A stretch of DNA of 64,000 nt from Phallusia mammillata (Eukaryota): positions 5,394,001 through 5,458,000 of the forward strand of contig OZ281501.1 in the NCBI GenBank assembly GCA_965637545.1, written 5' to 3'. Positions 1 to 22,191 of the stretch are shown in pieces. The notes under the pieces were generated by a model. That model ran no database searches, was not told the origin of the DNA, and saw only the letters and a program-made list of their open reading frames with translations. The translations under genes were made by a program, and so were the position numbers. The stretch's first letter is position 1, and every line of letters starts with the position of its first letter.

Positions 1-34
1 GCTTTATATGAAATTGGTCTTACAAGATATGCCA

Positions 35-3000
35 TTATCCTGATGAAGGCGTCTTGTATAAATGGCTAGGACGTCTCAACGTCGATGATTTATAATAAAA
101 CTGTTGGATGAGCAATTCTCGGTTATACTAATGTGACATTACTTTGTATGGTCAGTTGTTGTTTTTCAGTTTTCAACACCCAAAAGTAAATAAGTAAAAT
201 GTAATTTGAGTTTAATCGTTTAATCACCTGTACAATCAAATGGTGCAATAAGTCTATGACATTAACAATAAAAACACAGCAAATGCAATTTTGAGCACGT
301 ATAAACTTATACCTTCCCCTTGATTTCGAACGATGACTTGCAGGGGCGCTTCTTGACACTGGCCGTCCTCTCCTCTGCTCCCTAGGGGTGCATAAATCCA
401 GCCAAGCATTTATCGAATTTACCCCATCATTCTCAGCATAGGAAAAGGCTTTCTCAATGATGTTTGAACTACAAAGAACTTCTGTATTATCTGTTACTAT
501 GCTAGATGATCCGTCATCACCAGTAGTCATCGAAGCTTTGGACGTTCTTAAACGTTGTGGGACAGCAGTAGCTATTTTTTCGTCATAAGGAAGGGTTGTT
601 ACGTCACCAGGGGCTTTATCCTTGTCGTCACCAGGCGCAGGGTGCTGGGTCGCGACCAAGGTGGTCCTCTTGACAGTGGGTGAGGGCTTAGGTGACAGGT
701 TTGACCTTGGAGAATCGGTTTTCTTACTCATGCGAGATGCTGGAGAGCTAGGGGCTTGAGGTTTCTCTTTTGTCGGAATTTCACGCGGTTTTGCCGGGGG
801 TTTGGTTTCAATAACTCCCTTCGGTTTGGTTTCAATGCCTCCCTTCGGTTTGGTTTCTTTTTTTTTAGGTTTTGGATCCGGTTTGCGTGGTTTACTGGCA
901 GGGGACTCTTTTATAACAGACAGAGCAGGTCGTTTGATTGATGGCGGTGCTCGCTTCTTTTTTAGTGTAGCTTGCTTCTTTCCCAGCATGGAAAACTGGC
1001 GCGAAAGCTTGATGCTAACCTTTTCTTTAGGCGATTCTTTGTTTTCAATCCTGTATCGCACGTGAATGTCGACCGCTGTACGCCAGAAGGTCTTCGCTTG
1101 TTGAAGATCATCGAATTCGAATGTGGTAGCATATGGAGCGACAGTCTTCTCTGCTTCGCCCTGTAATGGCAAATTAAGACTGAAAAGCATTTTAGAAATT
1201 CTACGATATGTTGGAAACAAAACACATTGACTTATACTGCCCACTTATGAAAAGTATACCACAAGCTAATGTTTTCAATGCCAGTAGTTAATATGTAAGG
1301 CAATCATTGCTTCAACAAAAGGAGCTGCATTTTTATTGGTATGGCTACAAGGGGTGTACATTTTGAGCTATAGCTGGTCACTGAACACCAGTTCATTTCT
1401 ACAGACACTTCGCAGATTTCTGTTTAGACGAGAATATGTTTTCAGTTTCTTACTTCGTGCAACTTTATTGTGACGGAGTTATTTTTAAATGCCACTGCCC
1501 AAATCGTAGCCCACGTGACCACTTGAGGGCGCTTCTTGTCTCTGATGATGACGACGCCTTGGGGACCAATTCCCACCATGATTCCTGTCATGATGTCATT
1601 TGCGTGGACACCACTTGTATGAGGCTTGGAGGGCCCTAAAAACCGCAACACGCATTGATGAAATTGTCATAAAACACTTTTTACGTTTCAATTTCGTGGT
1701 TGGAAAAGACAAGGTTGCAATTTGTGTCCTATTTCTCTGCTGAAATTGGGCTTTACTTTGGCCACCTTACCTTGCAAGGTACACATACGACATTACACAG
1801 TGGAATTTCGCAACATCATTGCAAGAAAAACGGGGAGTTGGCAACGTCTTGGCTTTATTTATATTTTATTGTTACTTTGGTAGGCCCCATGTAAGATAAA
1901 TATCAGGGTATTCGGAAGTTAACAATTGCACTTCCGTAGTTTTAATTTTAATGAAACGCCGTGCTTTAACAAACACAGTTTTTAAAAATTGCGCGATCTC
2001 CAAACATATTTTAGGAAATTGATTCAGAAACTTCCACTCAAACAATGGTGAAAACGTTCAATCATAGTTACCTCGAAGGTTTGCATAAGCAGGATAGAAA
2101 TGAACCCCATACATTTCCAAAGATGCAGCTAACTTGAGAAACTTCATGTCTGCTTCGGACGGGGAAGTCCCTCTCAAACAGCGATGCAACTCAATCATCT
2201 GGAACCACAAAAAACTGGTAATAAGCGAAAGCTCTATGACTAGAAGAGATCCAAAGATTAGATTTCATGCAATTAAATGCAATATTGGCCAAAATGATTA
2301 AGTCACTTGTTTTATTAAATAAATGGTTACACCTGGCAAAATTCATACCGTAAGTTGTATCTCGGCGATATTTTACGTAAAGTTTTACTCCCTTGCACAT
2401 TTGTGCTTGATTTGCTGTATGTGTCCATACATATATAGATCTTCATCACAGGAAGCAGAAGACTATGTTGGTTTCTTTAAAATGCGCATGCAATGTCCCA
2501 CCTGTTCTTCAAGGTCGATGTCCATGTCAATTTGCCTCTTTTCTTTCTTTTTTCCGGTTCCATCCCCAATAAACCTGAAAGCTTCAACCAGCTGTCTGTC
2601 GATTCCTTCGTTTGCGAAATCTCCGTATTCCGACTGGAGCCAATAGGACGCCAAAAGGGCCAAGGTGTGGGCAGGACATTTTAGTCGCCCAGTTAGCAAG
2701 TCTTGCCGAGTTTGAAGAACAGTATGGAACCTAACAACAAATGTGTTAGTTAAATTTATACAGTGTTGGGGTGAAAATACAACTAATATTATTGACGCCA
2801 TTTGGCATGTAAAAAACACCAAATTGTTGAAAGTTTTGTGCGTAAAAAAATGTTTGTGCAGATAAGGATACAATTATTTTTTGTTGGGACCTTTCATCAA
2901 TTATTAACCTGCATTTAAAATAATGAAATCGGTTCTACGTTATACAAACATATCACAAATGTCATTCTATAATGCAACATTTTTTTCTTATGGGTTCCTG

Positions 3001-3429
3001 GAGATCAAACGATTACCAGTATTTCTAAGCAATAATCTGCATTTGCACACGGTTCATTTGCAACAAGACTTGTTATAAGACTGATGTTTAATTAACAAAG
3101 GTAAGGGAAAATAAAACTAAGAAACGGGCAAACCTTGTAATATCTTCACACTCTGGTATTCTCCTGGGAAGCGGGTAATATTTTATCATCAAGGCAAATG
3201 CCCATATTTGACAGCGACCGGGTAGCTGTTTTCGCAGTGGTTTGTCTAGGTTTATCCACCAGTTGTAAACGGACTGTACCCCGCCTTTGTGCACAAGGCC
3301 ATAGAATTTACTGTCCGAAATGTTCAAGTAGTTGCAAACGCTTGTAAATAAATCCTGACCAGTAGCATCCCGTTTTACAGTGATTGATACTTCCCTGCCG
3401 TCCAAGAAGGAGCACTTGCATGACGTCAT
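35..3429 (-). CDS. Band 4.1-family FERM-domain protein with long Lys/Pro/Ser-rich C-terminal tail (~570 aa)
   Basis: Exons 3134-3429, 2502-2730, 2072-2198, 1454-1635 and 313-1160, plus a tentative last exon 35-65; all GT-AG and phase-consistent. The spliced product has FERM-N (FLDG..VKRDATGQDLFTSVCNYL..YGL), FERM-M (LQTRQDLLTGRLKC..LLASYWLQSEYGD; LEEQMIELHRCLRGTSPSEADMKFLK) and FERM-C (MYGVHFYP..VGIGPQG..W..I..AKTFWRTAVDIH). The specific ortholog was not recognised. Confidence 0.88.
799..857 (-). repeat. In-frame 24-nt coding tandem repeat (~2.5 copies; ETKPKGGI/ETKPKGVI)
   Basis: GGTTTGGTTTC recurs at 799, 823 and 847 inside the large FERM exon. Confidence 0.85.
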
Positions 3430-6379
3430 TGTTTTTGAATTTTGTGTAGATTCTATGTTATCTCGAAAACGCTCAACATGGAACTTTCAAACATTTTTTT
3501 TCTAAATTCTTTCGCTAAAGGTAGAAAAAAAAGTTTGGATAATGGTAAGATTTTCTTAAGTCACAGCGGTGTGTAGTACGTCATCAGTATTTTTCTTTCC
3601 TGAATCTACACATTGATCTTATTTTACTTTTATCGGCATAATTGCGACAAAACACAAACTACACATTTTTAAGCATACTTATCTACAATTGCAAGTCACT
3701 TACTATGGTAAAAAGTGGGCAAAAGTTGCTACCGATATAAATTTCATCTAATCTGGAGCAAAACTTATTAGCTCAAAGTCATTGTCTTCTGATTCTAAAC
3801 GATTATCGTCACTGACAAAGCCAATTACCTGCTGACTGTTTCCATAACAATGAATCCAATCAACAAAGGTCAGACATTTTTCATGACCCATCAGTAATGT
3901 GGCTGCTACAAGGTCGTTTTGCCTCAACACAAGCTAGATGTGATACAACTCAGATGCCTGCTGAAAATGTGCTTACAAACAGAGGACGACCTTTTTAATC
4001 ACAGGCATTTAATTGTTCCAAGCCAACGTAAGGCGCCTGTTGAACAAACGCCGGGCTGTATTGGATTACAAAAGCTTTTGGACTGTAGGAATTTGATAGG
4101 CGTGCTTTCGTTTTATGTGCTGCTGAAAGGACGCGTCTTTTTACCGAAAGTATATTGATTTCAAGTATGTGGTGACCATGATGAGTTTATTTCAGCTTTG
4201 CCATGTGAAATAGTCTGCCCAATATCCGGTCAAGTCATGTTATGAACTGCCATTAACTTTAATGTTCTTTCTAATGAGATTTTAAGGCCTACGTGAAAAT
4301 AAAAGTAGCCTATAAACCGCCACTGGGAAGTGAGAAAAAAAACAATTTTTACGTTGTTCACTGCTCGAAAAGACGCGTGCATGTACACAAAAGTTGCCCT
4401 TTTGACAACCCGTCCAAAAAACGCAACCAGTGATATTACCCGCAACTCGACGCCAGAACCAGCCCAATTGGGCGGGAAAACCACGACACTAGTCTTTAGT
4501 CAGCCAAAAAAGAAGAACAGTTGTTCAGTAGATACGTTTATTACTACATAATGACGTTTATTACGCTTAACAAAGACAGCACAAAACAAATAACACAAGA
4601 CGAATAACCCAAAATTCCTAATTCCAACAGGAAACAGGATTAGAAAATAGTGGACAAACTCAAAACCGTCGCCAACTTGTCTGGTTGTGACTAAAACGAA
4701 ATTTTCCCCAATAACACTAATGTAGAAAAACCGAATGATTTGAAAGCGCATTGCAGTACACTATTCGGACGACCACCACAAACAGAAAAATTCCTATACC
4801 TATACACTACATAATAAAAGATACTGCAAATTTGGTTTCAACTCGTCAGGCATATTACGAGCTTGTGTGCTTAACGGGTATAAGAGTTAAGTGAAAACGA
4901 AGTAGTACAGATGTACACTTGTCAGTTGGTGGAAAAGTAAACCAGATTGTAGCTATTGCACATAAAAAACACAATATAACTGTTGTAAAAACACCACTGC
5001 ATAAAGAAATAGTAAATAATTTGGGCAGAAAAATAAGTGAATTTTCATCCAGACTTTTTATTAGGTCTATGTGATAAGTTTTTGGACAAAAACGTGTGTA
5101 CTGTAACAAAAGAACTGCAGACACATTAAAGAGAGCCTAGTTAGAAACACAGAGTGCAAATAAACAAATGTTTTATTTTTTTGTTATTGATTGTGGAAAT
5201 GAATTGTGGTTGTGCATTAAGAGGATGGGAAACAGATGTACAAACAAGCTACAAAAAAGACACCAACATTAATATGAGTTTCACTATGAATGGTTGACTT
5301 TAAAACTTACATACTTAATTACATAAACAAACTAATATTGCTATTGTTTGGGATTGTGGCATTTTAAATTGTTTTGGCACATAATGTCAATCAGTGTTTA
5401 AACCAGGTTTGCAATAAATTTAATATTTTATGGCACATTTGCAAAGTAAAACCATTACCGTTTTAATTTAATGATATTAATAATATTCAAAACAACAACA
5501 CTTTCAAACAGTACAACCAAACTGAAAAAAGTAAGGAACATATTAAACAATCTTTAAGAATGTGGACTGCTTAAATTGTTTTACTGCATGTTGTACCAAA
5601 CTCTTTGAAAGAAAATCATTGTAAGCAAAATTCAAAAATTTAGTCCTAAACGCGTACTTGAGCTTCATACATAGAGTCTACTAAGAAACAAAGTAGCTTT
5701 ACTAAAAGAATAACTGCAAACGAACCACAACCTATCCCTTAGATTTACAGACATGATTTAGTATTAACTAACATTGCTACAAAATTACCTTAAAAAACAC
5801 AAAACACTACGACAGAACAGAAAAAAACATTTGCACTTCCCAAGATATAAACATTTTAGCTTCATATTTACAATCAGCCAATGTAGACACAACATTGAAA
5901 TATAAAGCTTTTCATGGAAAATGCTTCAGTCACAGACAATTCTAGGTTTAAAACAGAACAAAAGCTAACATCAAGTACCGACTCATCAACACGAGTATTT
6001 TTGCACAAATCTGCCAAAAAGTATTTTTTAGCAGCCTTAGACAGACACTTAGTCCATAAATATTTCTAATTTTGACCGTAAATGGTATTTTTCCAAATTG
6101 TGTCTTTAGTGGGGGCATTTTCAATTCAGTTTAGTGGGATGGTATAAAAATAGTTTGAGAACCAACAATCCATGCCAAATGCTACAGTTATAAAGGTGCA
6201 AAGTCCAGAATTCAACTGGTCTATTCATTAAAGGTAATAAGACAAACAGAAGAGCATAAGAGAAAAAGGCAAACCACAGCACTTTGGGCTAATCTATCCC
6301 ACTGCTCTCTTCTTAAAGCTGAGAGCTTGGTCATCAACCAGTAACATTGAAGATTGTAGACTCACTGTAAGGTGTCTTG

Positions 6380-16286
<9,907 letters not shown>

Positions 16287-16770
16287 TGTGATTACTGATT
16301 TGTGACGATTCCAGTTGGATTTCCAACAATTCCACTCGCGTTTTAGCTTTCAAGCGTTACCAATTTAAATAACAGTTTTAACAATTCATTCCAGGTTGAC
16401 AAGCAAACGTTCTTAAGTTAGTAATATAAATATTTGTCAACAATACAAAAATTATTCCAATTTGTTAATAAAGATCGTCATCATCAAATTCGTCACGCTT
16501 GACATATTGTGGTGGAAGAAGCGTGACCACTGATCACATAGAAGTTTTAATTATTAAAATAAATTAAGTTAAATTATTAGAATAACATTTATTTAAGTTT
16601 TTATTTTATAAATGCTACAACTCCAAAAACTGTAACAATTTTATGCAAGAGGGGTAAAAATGCAAAGAAGAACAAGGGTAATAACTTAACTGTGTGCAAG
16701 AAACCGCAAATTGTTTTGCTCGTTTGCGTACACCACTCAACTTCTTTTTGACACCTGCTACAGACTATAG

Positions 16771-17297
16771 CAGTGGTTCTCAACCTTTTTTCTTTCGTGG
16801 CCCACTTTCATTGCACAAAAATTCTGTGGCCCAGTAAATTTTTATGAAAGAAAGAAACAACTATAAAGTAGGTTCAGAACAAAAAAAAACTGCAGGACAT
16901 ATTTCAAACAGATATTAAGTTCAAAATATGTTAATGCAAAATATCATAAAACAGCACTTTCCCTTCTTTAATCAAGCACTTTCAGTTATAACCGAATAAT
17001 TGGACCATTGATATTCTGCTATTATCTGGCTTTATTGTAATCACAAAGTAGTTTATTACATCATAAACATATAGGGTTGCAGAAACTCAAAGTAACTTTA
17101 TACCGTAAATAGAATAATTCAAATTAATTTACATTCCTTCTCAATTCCTCCCCAAGCCATTATTCTTGTAAAATTGAGTGTAGTGACACAAATAAAAGTA
17201 AATTCTTAAAAAAATGATTTCTATTTGATTGGTCTGTGGCCCAATCAAAATGCTTCCATGGCCCACCAGTGGGTTGAGAACTGGTTGAGAACCGCTG
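16771..17297. mobile_element. hAT (Charlie-like) MITE upstream of ICA1
   Basis: TIRs CAGTGGTTCTCAACC / GGTTGAGAACCGCTG; perfect TSD GACTATAG. Confidence 0.92.
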
Positions 17298-18211
17298 GAC
17301 TATAGCCTTTACTTGATTGTCTTGTTTTTATTTTTGCTGTATTTTTCAAAGAACTTATTTATGTTGTTGCTGTTGGAAACGACGCAAAAACTAAAAATAA
17401 TTGCCGGCTTTAAATCGTTTAACTAGAGCCCATATCGTTTCTGGCTCTGGTAAAACTGTATTTTATTTTCATTTGATTTTGAATATCTGTGGTATTACTT
17501 TAACAATCTAAACAACAGCAACGAATTTTGTAGTTGGTGCAAATACTCAATGGAACTTGATTTGACACAGAAGTGCTAAAACAGTTGCAACAAAACTATG
17601 TGAAGCGACAAAGTTGCTATTTAGTATTTCTAACTTTGCTGATCAAACTGCCTAATCAGCACGTGATCAGCAGAAGGAATTTTGCTTTTAAAAGGCAAGA
17701 AGCGAATCCCGTGATCAGATCGCAGTTAAATCGTCAGGGAAATTTTTATACGCTGCAGGCAAACATTTACTTACCGAGACTGCTTATATACAGGACCTCA
17801 GTTGGGACCTTCGCTATTAGTACAGCTAACTTCATTCAAGTTTGTTATCATTCAGAAAATTGTCATTGTCTTGTATGCAAAGAGATTCGTTTCACTAATA
17901 GCGAAAATGCCAAATAGGTTAGATACCGCTGTATCGAAGCACGTAGGGTTTACGTGGAAAAATGATTTGATGACGGCTTTACATACCAATACAATTCTAC
18001 AAATCGGCTAAAAAATATTCAAAGTCTAATCTAATATTTCAAGATTTATTGTTAGGTTATATACGTGAGCCAGGTAAAAAAGTTGTACAAAAATTGCGAA
18101 AAGTTTACTGGATTGTCTGGAAAAAACAGTTTGTCTGTATTTCTTTTCTTTTCAGTGAACCAGAAGTGTCAGTTTGGTGAAACCATTTTTAGTGAAACTA
18201 AGAGTGTAAGT

Positions 18212-18377
18212 CAGGGGTCACCAAACTACGGCCCGCGGGCCGGATCCGGCGCCCCTTTAAAAATCGGCTCGCGGGCTAAGTTTGGAAAGACGGCGGTAGG
18301 GCATGTAAACTATGCGGCCCTCGCGAATCATTATTAAACTTATCCGACCCGCAGTGAAAAAAGTTTGGTGAACTCTG
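18212..18377. mobile_element. Short hAT MITE (166 bp)
   Basis: TIRs CAGGGGTCACCAAACT / AGTTTGGTGAACTCTG; perfect TSD GTGTAAGT. Confidence 0.9.
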
Positions 18378-18755
18378 GTGTAAGTGGTAGATAAATTAAT
18401 AGTTTTAAACCTAAAGGCGGCACCGTTACCTTTACTTTGTTACAAACGTTTTATCACATTATGTCGCGCTTTATGCATTTGCATTCTTACTTTACCACTG
18501 AAACCAATACTGGGCTTTTCTTTACAAAAGCATTCCCCTTAGCAACTTAGCAATTTCGGTTTGATAGAGCTTAAGTGTAGGTGGTAAATTAATAGTTTTT
18601 AACCTAAAGACAGTAGGCCTACCGCATTTGTGTACAGACAGTTTTACGACATATACGTTCTGTGTTGAATGTATTTGCTTTGTTTCTTGACAACCGAAAC
18701 CCAAACTGGGCTTTTCCTTATACAAGCATTCTCCTCGGCAACTTTTCAATTCCAG
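18378..18755. repeat. Degenerate ~197-bp tandem duplication just upstream of LRR gene A
   Basis: GTGTA(A/G)GTGGTA..AAATTAATAGTTTT.AACCTAAAG occurs at 18378 and 18575, and ACTGGGCTTTTC.TTA.A.AAGCATTC.CCT..GCAACTT occurs in both copies. Confidence 0.75.
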
Positions 18756-18909
18756 TTTAATATAGCCCGTCCAATAGTTAAATCAGATCAATGCAACTTG
18801 CGTCAATAAAACAATGGCACAATGCTGAGCGTCCAGCAACAACGTCAGCATATATAAGTGACCGACAAATGGCAAATTAGCATCAGACTGCATTCAAGCA
18901 ACTTGGGAA

Positions 18910-21900
18910 ATGTTTGTGCATTACGTGTGTTTGGTATTCTTTACTTTTTCTTGCGGACAGGCCTTGGCAAATGCAACCGACATTCAAGGAGACTGCGCAC
19001 CTGCGGTTCACTCGGGGTAATTATTTATTACGGAAGAAAATAAAACTGTGATCGTACAGAAAAACAACGACTGCTTTCAGTAGCGTATTAAAAGCTTCAG
19101 TATTGTATCACAAAATACTGAAGAGCATGGTTATTGTAGGCTTTGTAATTTTATTACGATCATTTTTTTAAGTTTAGAAGATATTGGTCTGTTTGACTGC
19201 AAGTCAACTTTACTCTGGTTGGAATATTTTCGTCGTTGTGGTTTGAAATTTTGCTTTTCCTATTGAAAATATATTGTTTAGGTGCAAGTTCTTCTCCCAA
19301 TACATGCAACTGTGGTGCGATGCTTCTAATGTGTCAGAGATCCCCGATCCAGCAACGATACGAAGTTTCGGTCCCGCAAAATTTGCAACAACGTTGTATA
19401 TCAATAGAAGCTGTATTACCGTAATTAATACGGGTATGAAATCTATTTTTTAAGTAGACCATATATTTTGCCAAAGTTTACAATATATTTTCAATTCTAT
19501 TCAGAAAACTTGAACAAGTATGGAGATTTAAAACTGGTGGATTTTAACAACAACTTAATTGAAACGCTGTCAGACTTCACATTCTTCTTGTGCAAAAAAC
19601 TTAAAACAATAAAGTTGTCGTACAACCGGATTGAAGTTGTTGGACCCAAGGTTTTTGCAGGTAGGTATGCTAACTGCTAGTTACACAACTTTGTCAAAAA
19701 GCATTGTTTGCACCGGTTTGATTTTGTTGCTCAAAGTGTCTAACTTATGTTTTACTAAAACCATTGTTAATTTTGTTTATTAATAATTATTCTTTCCACA
19801 ACAAAATTTAATTACAATTAACCATTACTGTTTCTCTCTCAGGACTAAAGCGACTAAAAGTGCTGAATTTGAACCAAAACGAACTCTCTGTTTTACCTGA
19901 GAAGTTGTTTAACGAGTTAACAAGACTTCGGGTTTTGGACCTTAGCAGTAACAAACTTTCACATATAACAACAAGGATATTTCAAAACCTCCTGTTTCTG
20001 AAATCGCTTGATTTGAGCAAAAACTGCTTGAAAACTCTGACAATGTGGAACTTGAGAGGACTTCCACAGCTCAGGTAGCAATAACAACGATTTATATGTT
20101 TGTTATTTTTCTCTTAAGGGTTTAAATCCTGAAAAGGTTTGAAAGATAAAAAAGAAAAGTCCTCTGGTACGTTTTAACCTTGTCCTATAGCTCAATGGTC
20201 GGCAACAACCTGGCCGCGGCCAGGTTCCGTAAGGGGTTCGTTACCGGGCCGCATAAAACTTGCTCAAGGTTCACATTGAATCAAAGTTGTAAACTGTAAT
20301 CAGTTTTCAGTGCTGAACATTTGTGGTTTTCAAAGGCCGGTCCGTGATAAAAAATTTTAGTTTCAAACCGGTCGGCAGTATAAAAAAAGTTGCCGACCCC
20401 TGCTATAGCTAATAAACACTTTATGTGAACAGGAGTTTGAATCTGCGTGGAAATGCCATAAACAGAGTTGAAAGATACGCGTTTTTCAGCTGCCCTGGCT
20501 TACAGACCGTGGATCTACGGGAAAACGCTATTACCTGTTTCGACGAAAGACTATTCGAAAAATCGTAAGTTTGATACTACAGTACATGTCTGAACAAAAC
20601 AGAATGGCTTTTGTCCTGAGCAAAGAGATTATATCATAACTAGTTTGTGAAACATAGCTGCTTTAAAACCTTTTTTACTATGTTTAGTTCGTTGCGAGTA
20701 ACGAAATCATGTTCACATAAACAGGGGTTAAATATTACGGTAACAAATATGTTCAACAAATGTATGTTTTTTGTATGTAACCAGTAATCTCTTGCGCCGA
20801 TGCCCCACTTCAGGTTGCTATTTAGCATTTGTTGCGTGCAAGTAATGGAGGCATAAATATTACACCAGACCAAGACAAACTTACATTTCCTCGTAACTCG
20901 TAACAAATCTATTTACACTGCAATCAAAATGTGTAGGAGAATCGTCTATGTCATAAAAACAAATAACCTTTTCACCTGTCGCTTTCAGTTATAGACACCC
21001 AACCCAAGCAGGCGATACTTAAGTGTTGTTTATGACGAGTTCATTTGTTGTTTGTTTGTTTGTATGTATTACGTTTATCCTCGTTGGGCGGGAAACGCCT
21101 GATGAATTCGTTTTGCTCACTTCATGTCCGACAAGGTACTTTGTTTTTCCCAAATTGATTATTTTGTCTAAGGGTCTAAAATTTCCCAAATTGATTATTT
21201 TGTCTTTGCTTAAGTTCAATTTAATCTATCGGTATCCACTGGATTAGACCAATCCCGTTATGGTTTTCCTTAGAAAAAGACAAGTGATCGAGACATGTTT
21301 AGAACCCATAACCTTGTTTAAACAAACACCAATGTTAAGCTCTTTCTTAAACATTTTAGGGAGATATCGACCATTTTGCTGAATGACAATCAAATACAGA
21401 TACCAAAACCGAACTGGTACAGAAACTTGCCGCGCAGCAATCAACGGAAATTTATACAGGACGTTGAATCCATAACTGCAAACAATAAGTGGATGTGTGA
21501 CTGCAATGTGTTACCTTATCAGGTAAAACAACTTTGATATTTTACGCAGTTCCTATAATGGGTTTGGAGATCATAATACACATAAGCGTTTCTTGTAAAG
21601 GGTTTTGCAGCTTTGGCTGTGAGTTTTGAATAAACTCCTTTGCTTGCAGCAAACTCCTATTATATTTACTGTACATTTCAGCACTTTCTCAGTGTTGAAC
21701 TTAAAGACGTGGACTTTTGGGTCCGAAAGCTGGACATCGAATGCAGTGGACCAGCTGCCTTCAAAGGTCAAATGCTCAGCAATATTTCGGCACCAACAAT
21801 TAACCAATATTATAATAACACATGCCACAGTCTTCTTCACTTCAAGTGGGACCCTTGTTTCGCCAAGCATCCATCTGTTGGAACGAAAATTCACGCGACT

Positions 21901-22191
21901 CCAGCAAGAACCACTAAAATGCAAACAACTAACTCCATATTTGGAGTTGAACCTACATTGCAGACGGTGCTGAAAAACAAGTCACCAAACTTAGAACATT
22001 TGCAATACGCTTCATTTGTAATTATGTGTTTGCTTGTGGGTGCGTTTTTTGTGGCCTTGGTTCTCCTTCTAGGCATGTTCCATCAAAACAGAAAGGAGAC
22101 TCGACAACAATATGCGAAAGAAACTTGTTTCCAAACGGACGAGAGTGTCGTGTTTGTCGGAAGCCGTTCGTCTTTTCAAGATTCTGTTTAA
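18910..22191 (+). CDS. LRR transmembrane protein, paralog A (~483 aa; signal, Cys cap, ~8 LRRs, LRRCT, stalk, TM, short tail ending FQDSV)
   Basis: Exons 18910-19016, 19282-19433, 19505-19660, 19843-20074, 20433-20564, 21360-21522 and 21682-22191 (1452 nt; intron phases 2,1,1,2,2,0). LxxLxLxxNxL repeats, NNKWMCDC and TM ASFVIMCLLVGAFFVALVLLLGMF. Confidence 0.9.
20193..20402. mobile_element. hAT MITE in intron 4 of gene A (same family as 41361-41595)
   Basis: TIRs CAATGGTCGGCAAC / GTTGCCGACCCCTG; perfect TSD CTATAGCT. Confidence 0.9.
21019..21110 (-). repeat. Possible SINE 3' tail with (TGTT)n microsatellite
   Basis: (TTGT)n followed by TGTATGT..TTTATCCTCGTTGGGCGGGAAACG. From memory it resembles the tail of ascidian Cics-type SINEs; not verified. 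Confidence 0.35.
21146..21205. repeat. 36-bp-period direct duplication
   Basis: TTTCCCAAATTGATTATTTTGTCT at 21146 and 21182. Confidence 0.85.

Noticed and set aside
2330-2460. Apparent extra FERM exon (MCKGVKLYVKYRRDTTYG)
   Set aside because: Direct splicing from 2502 to 2198 already yields the contiguous FERM motif LEEQMIELHRCLRG, so this segment is intronic.
3748-4158. Short ORFs upstream of the FERM gene on both strands
   Set aside because: No motif and no consistent splice sites; the frames are broken by stops. Probably UTR or intergenic.
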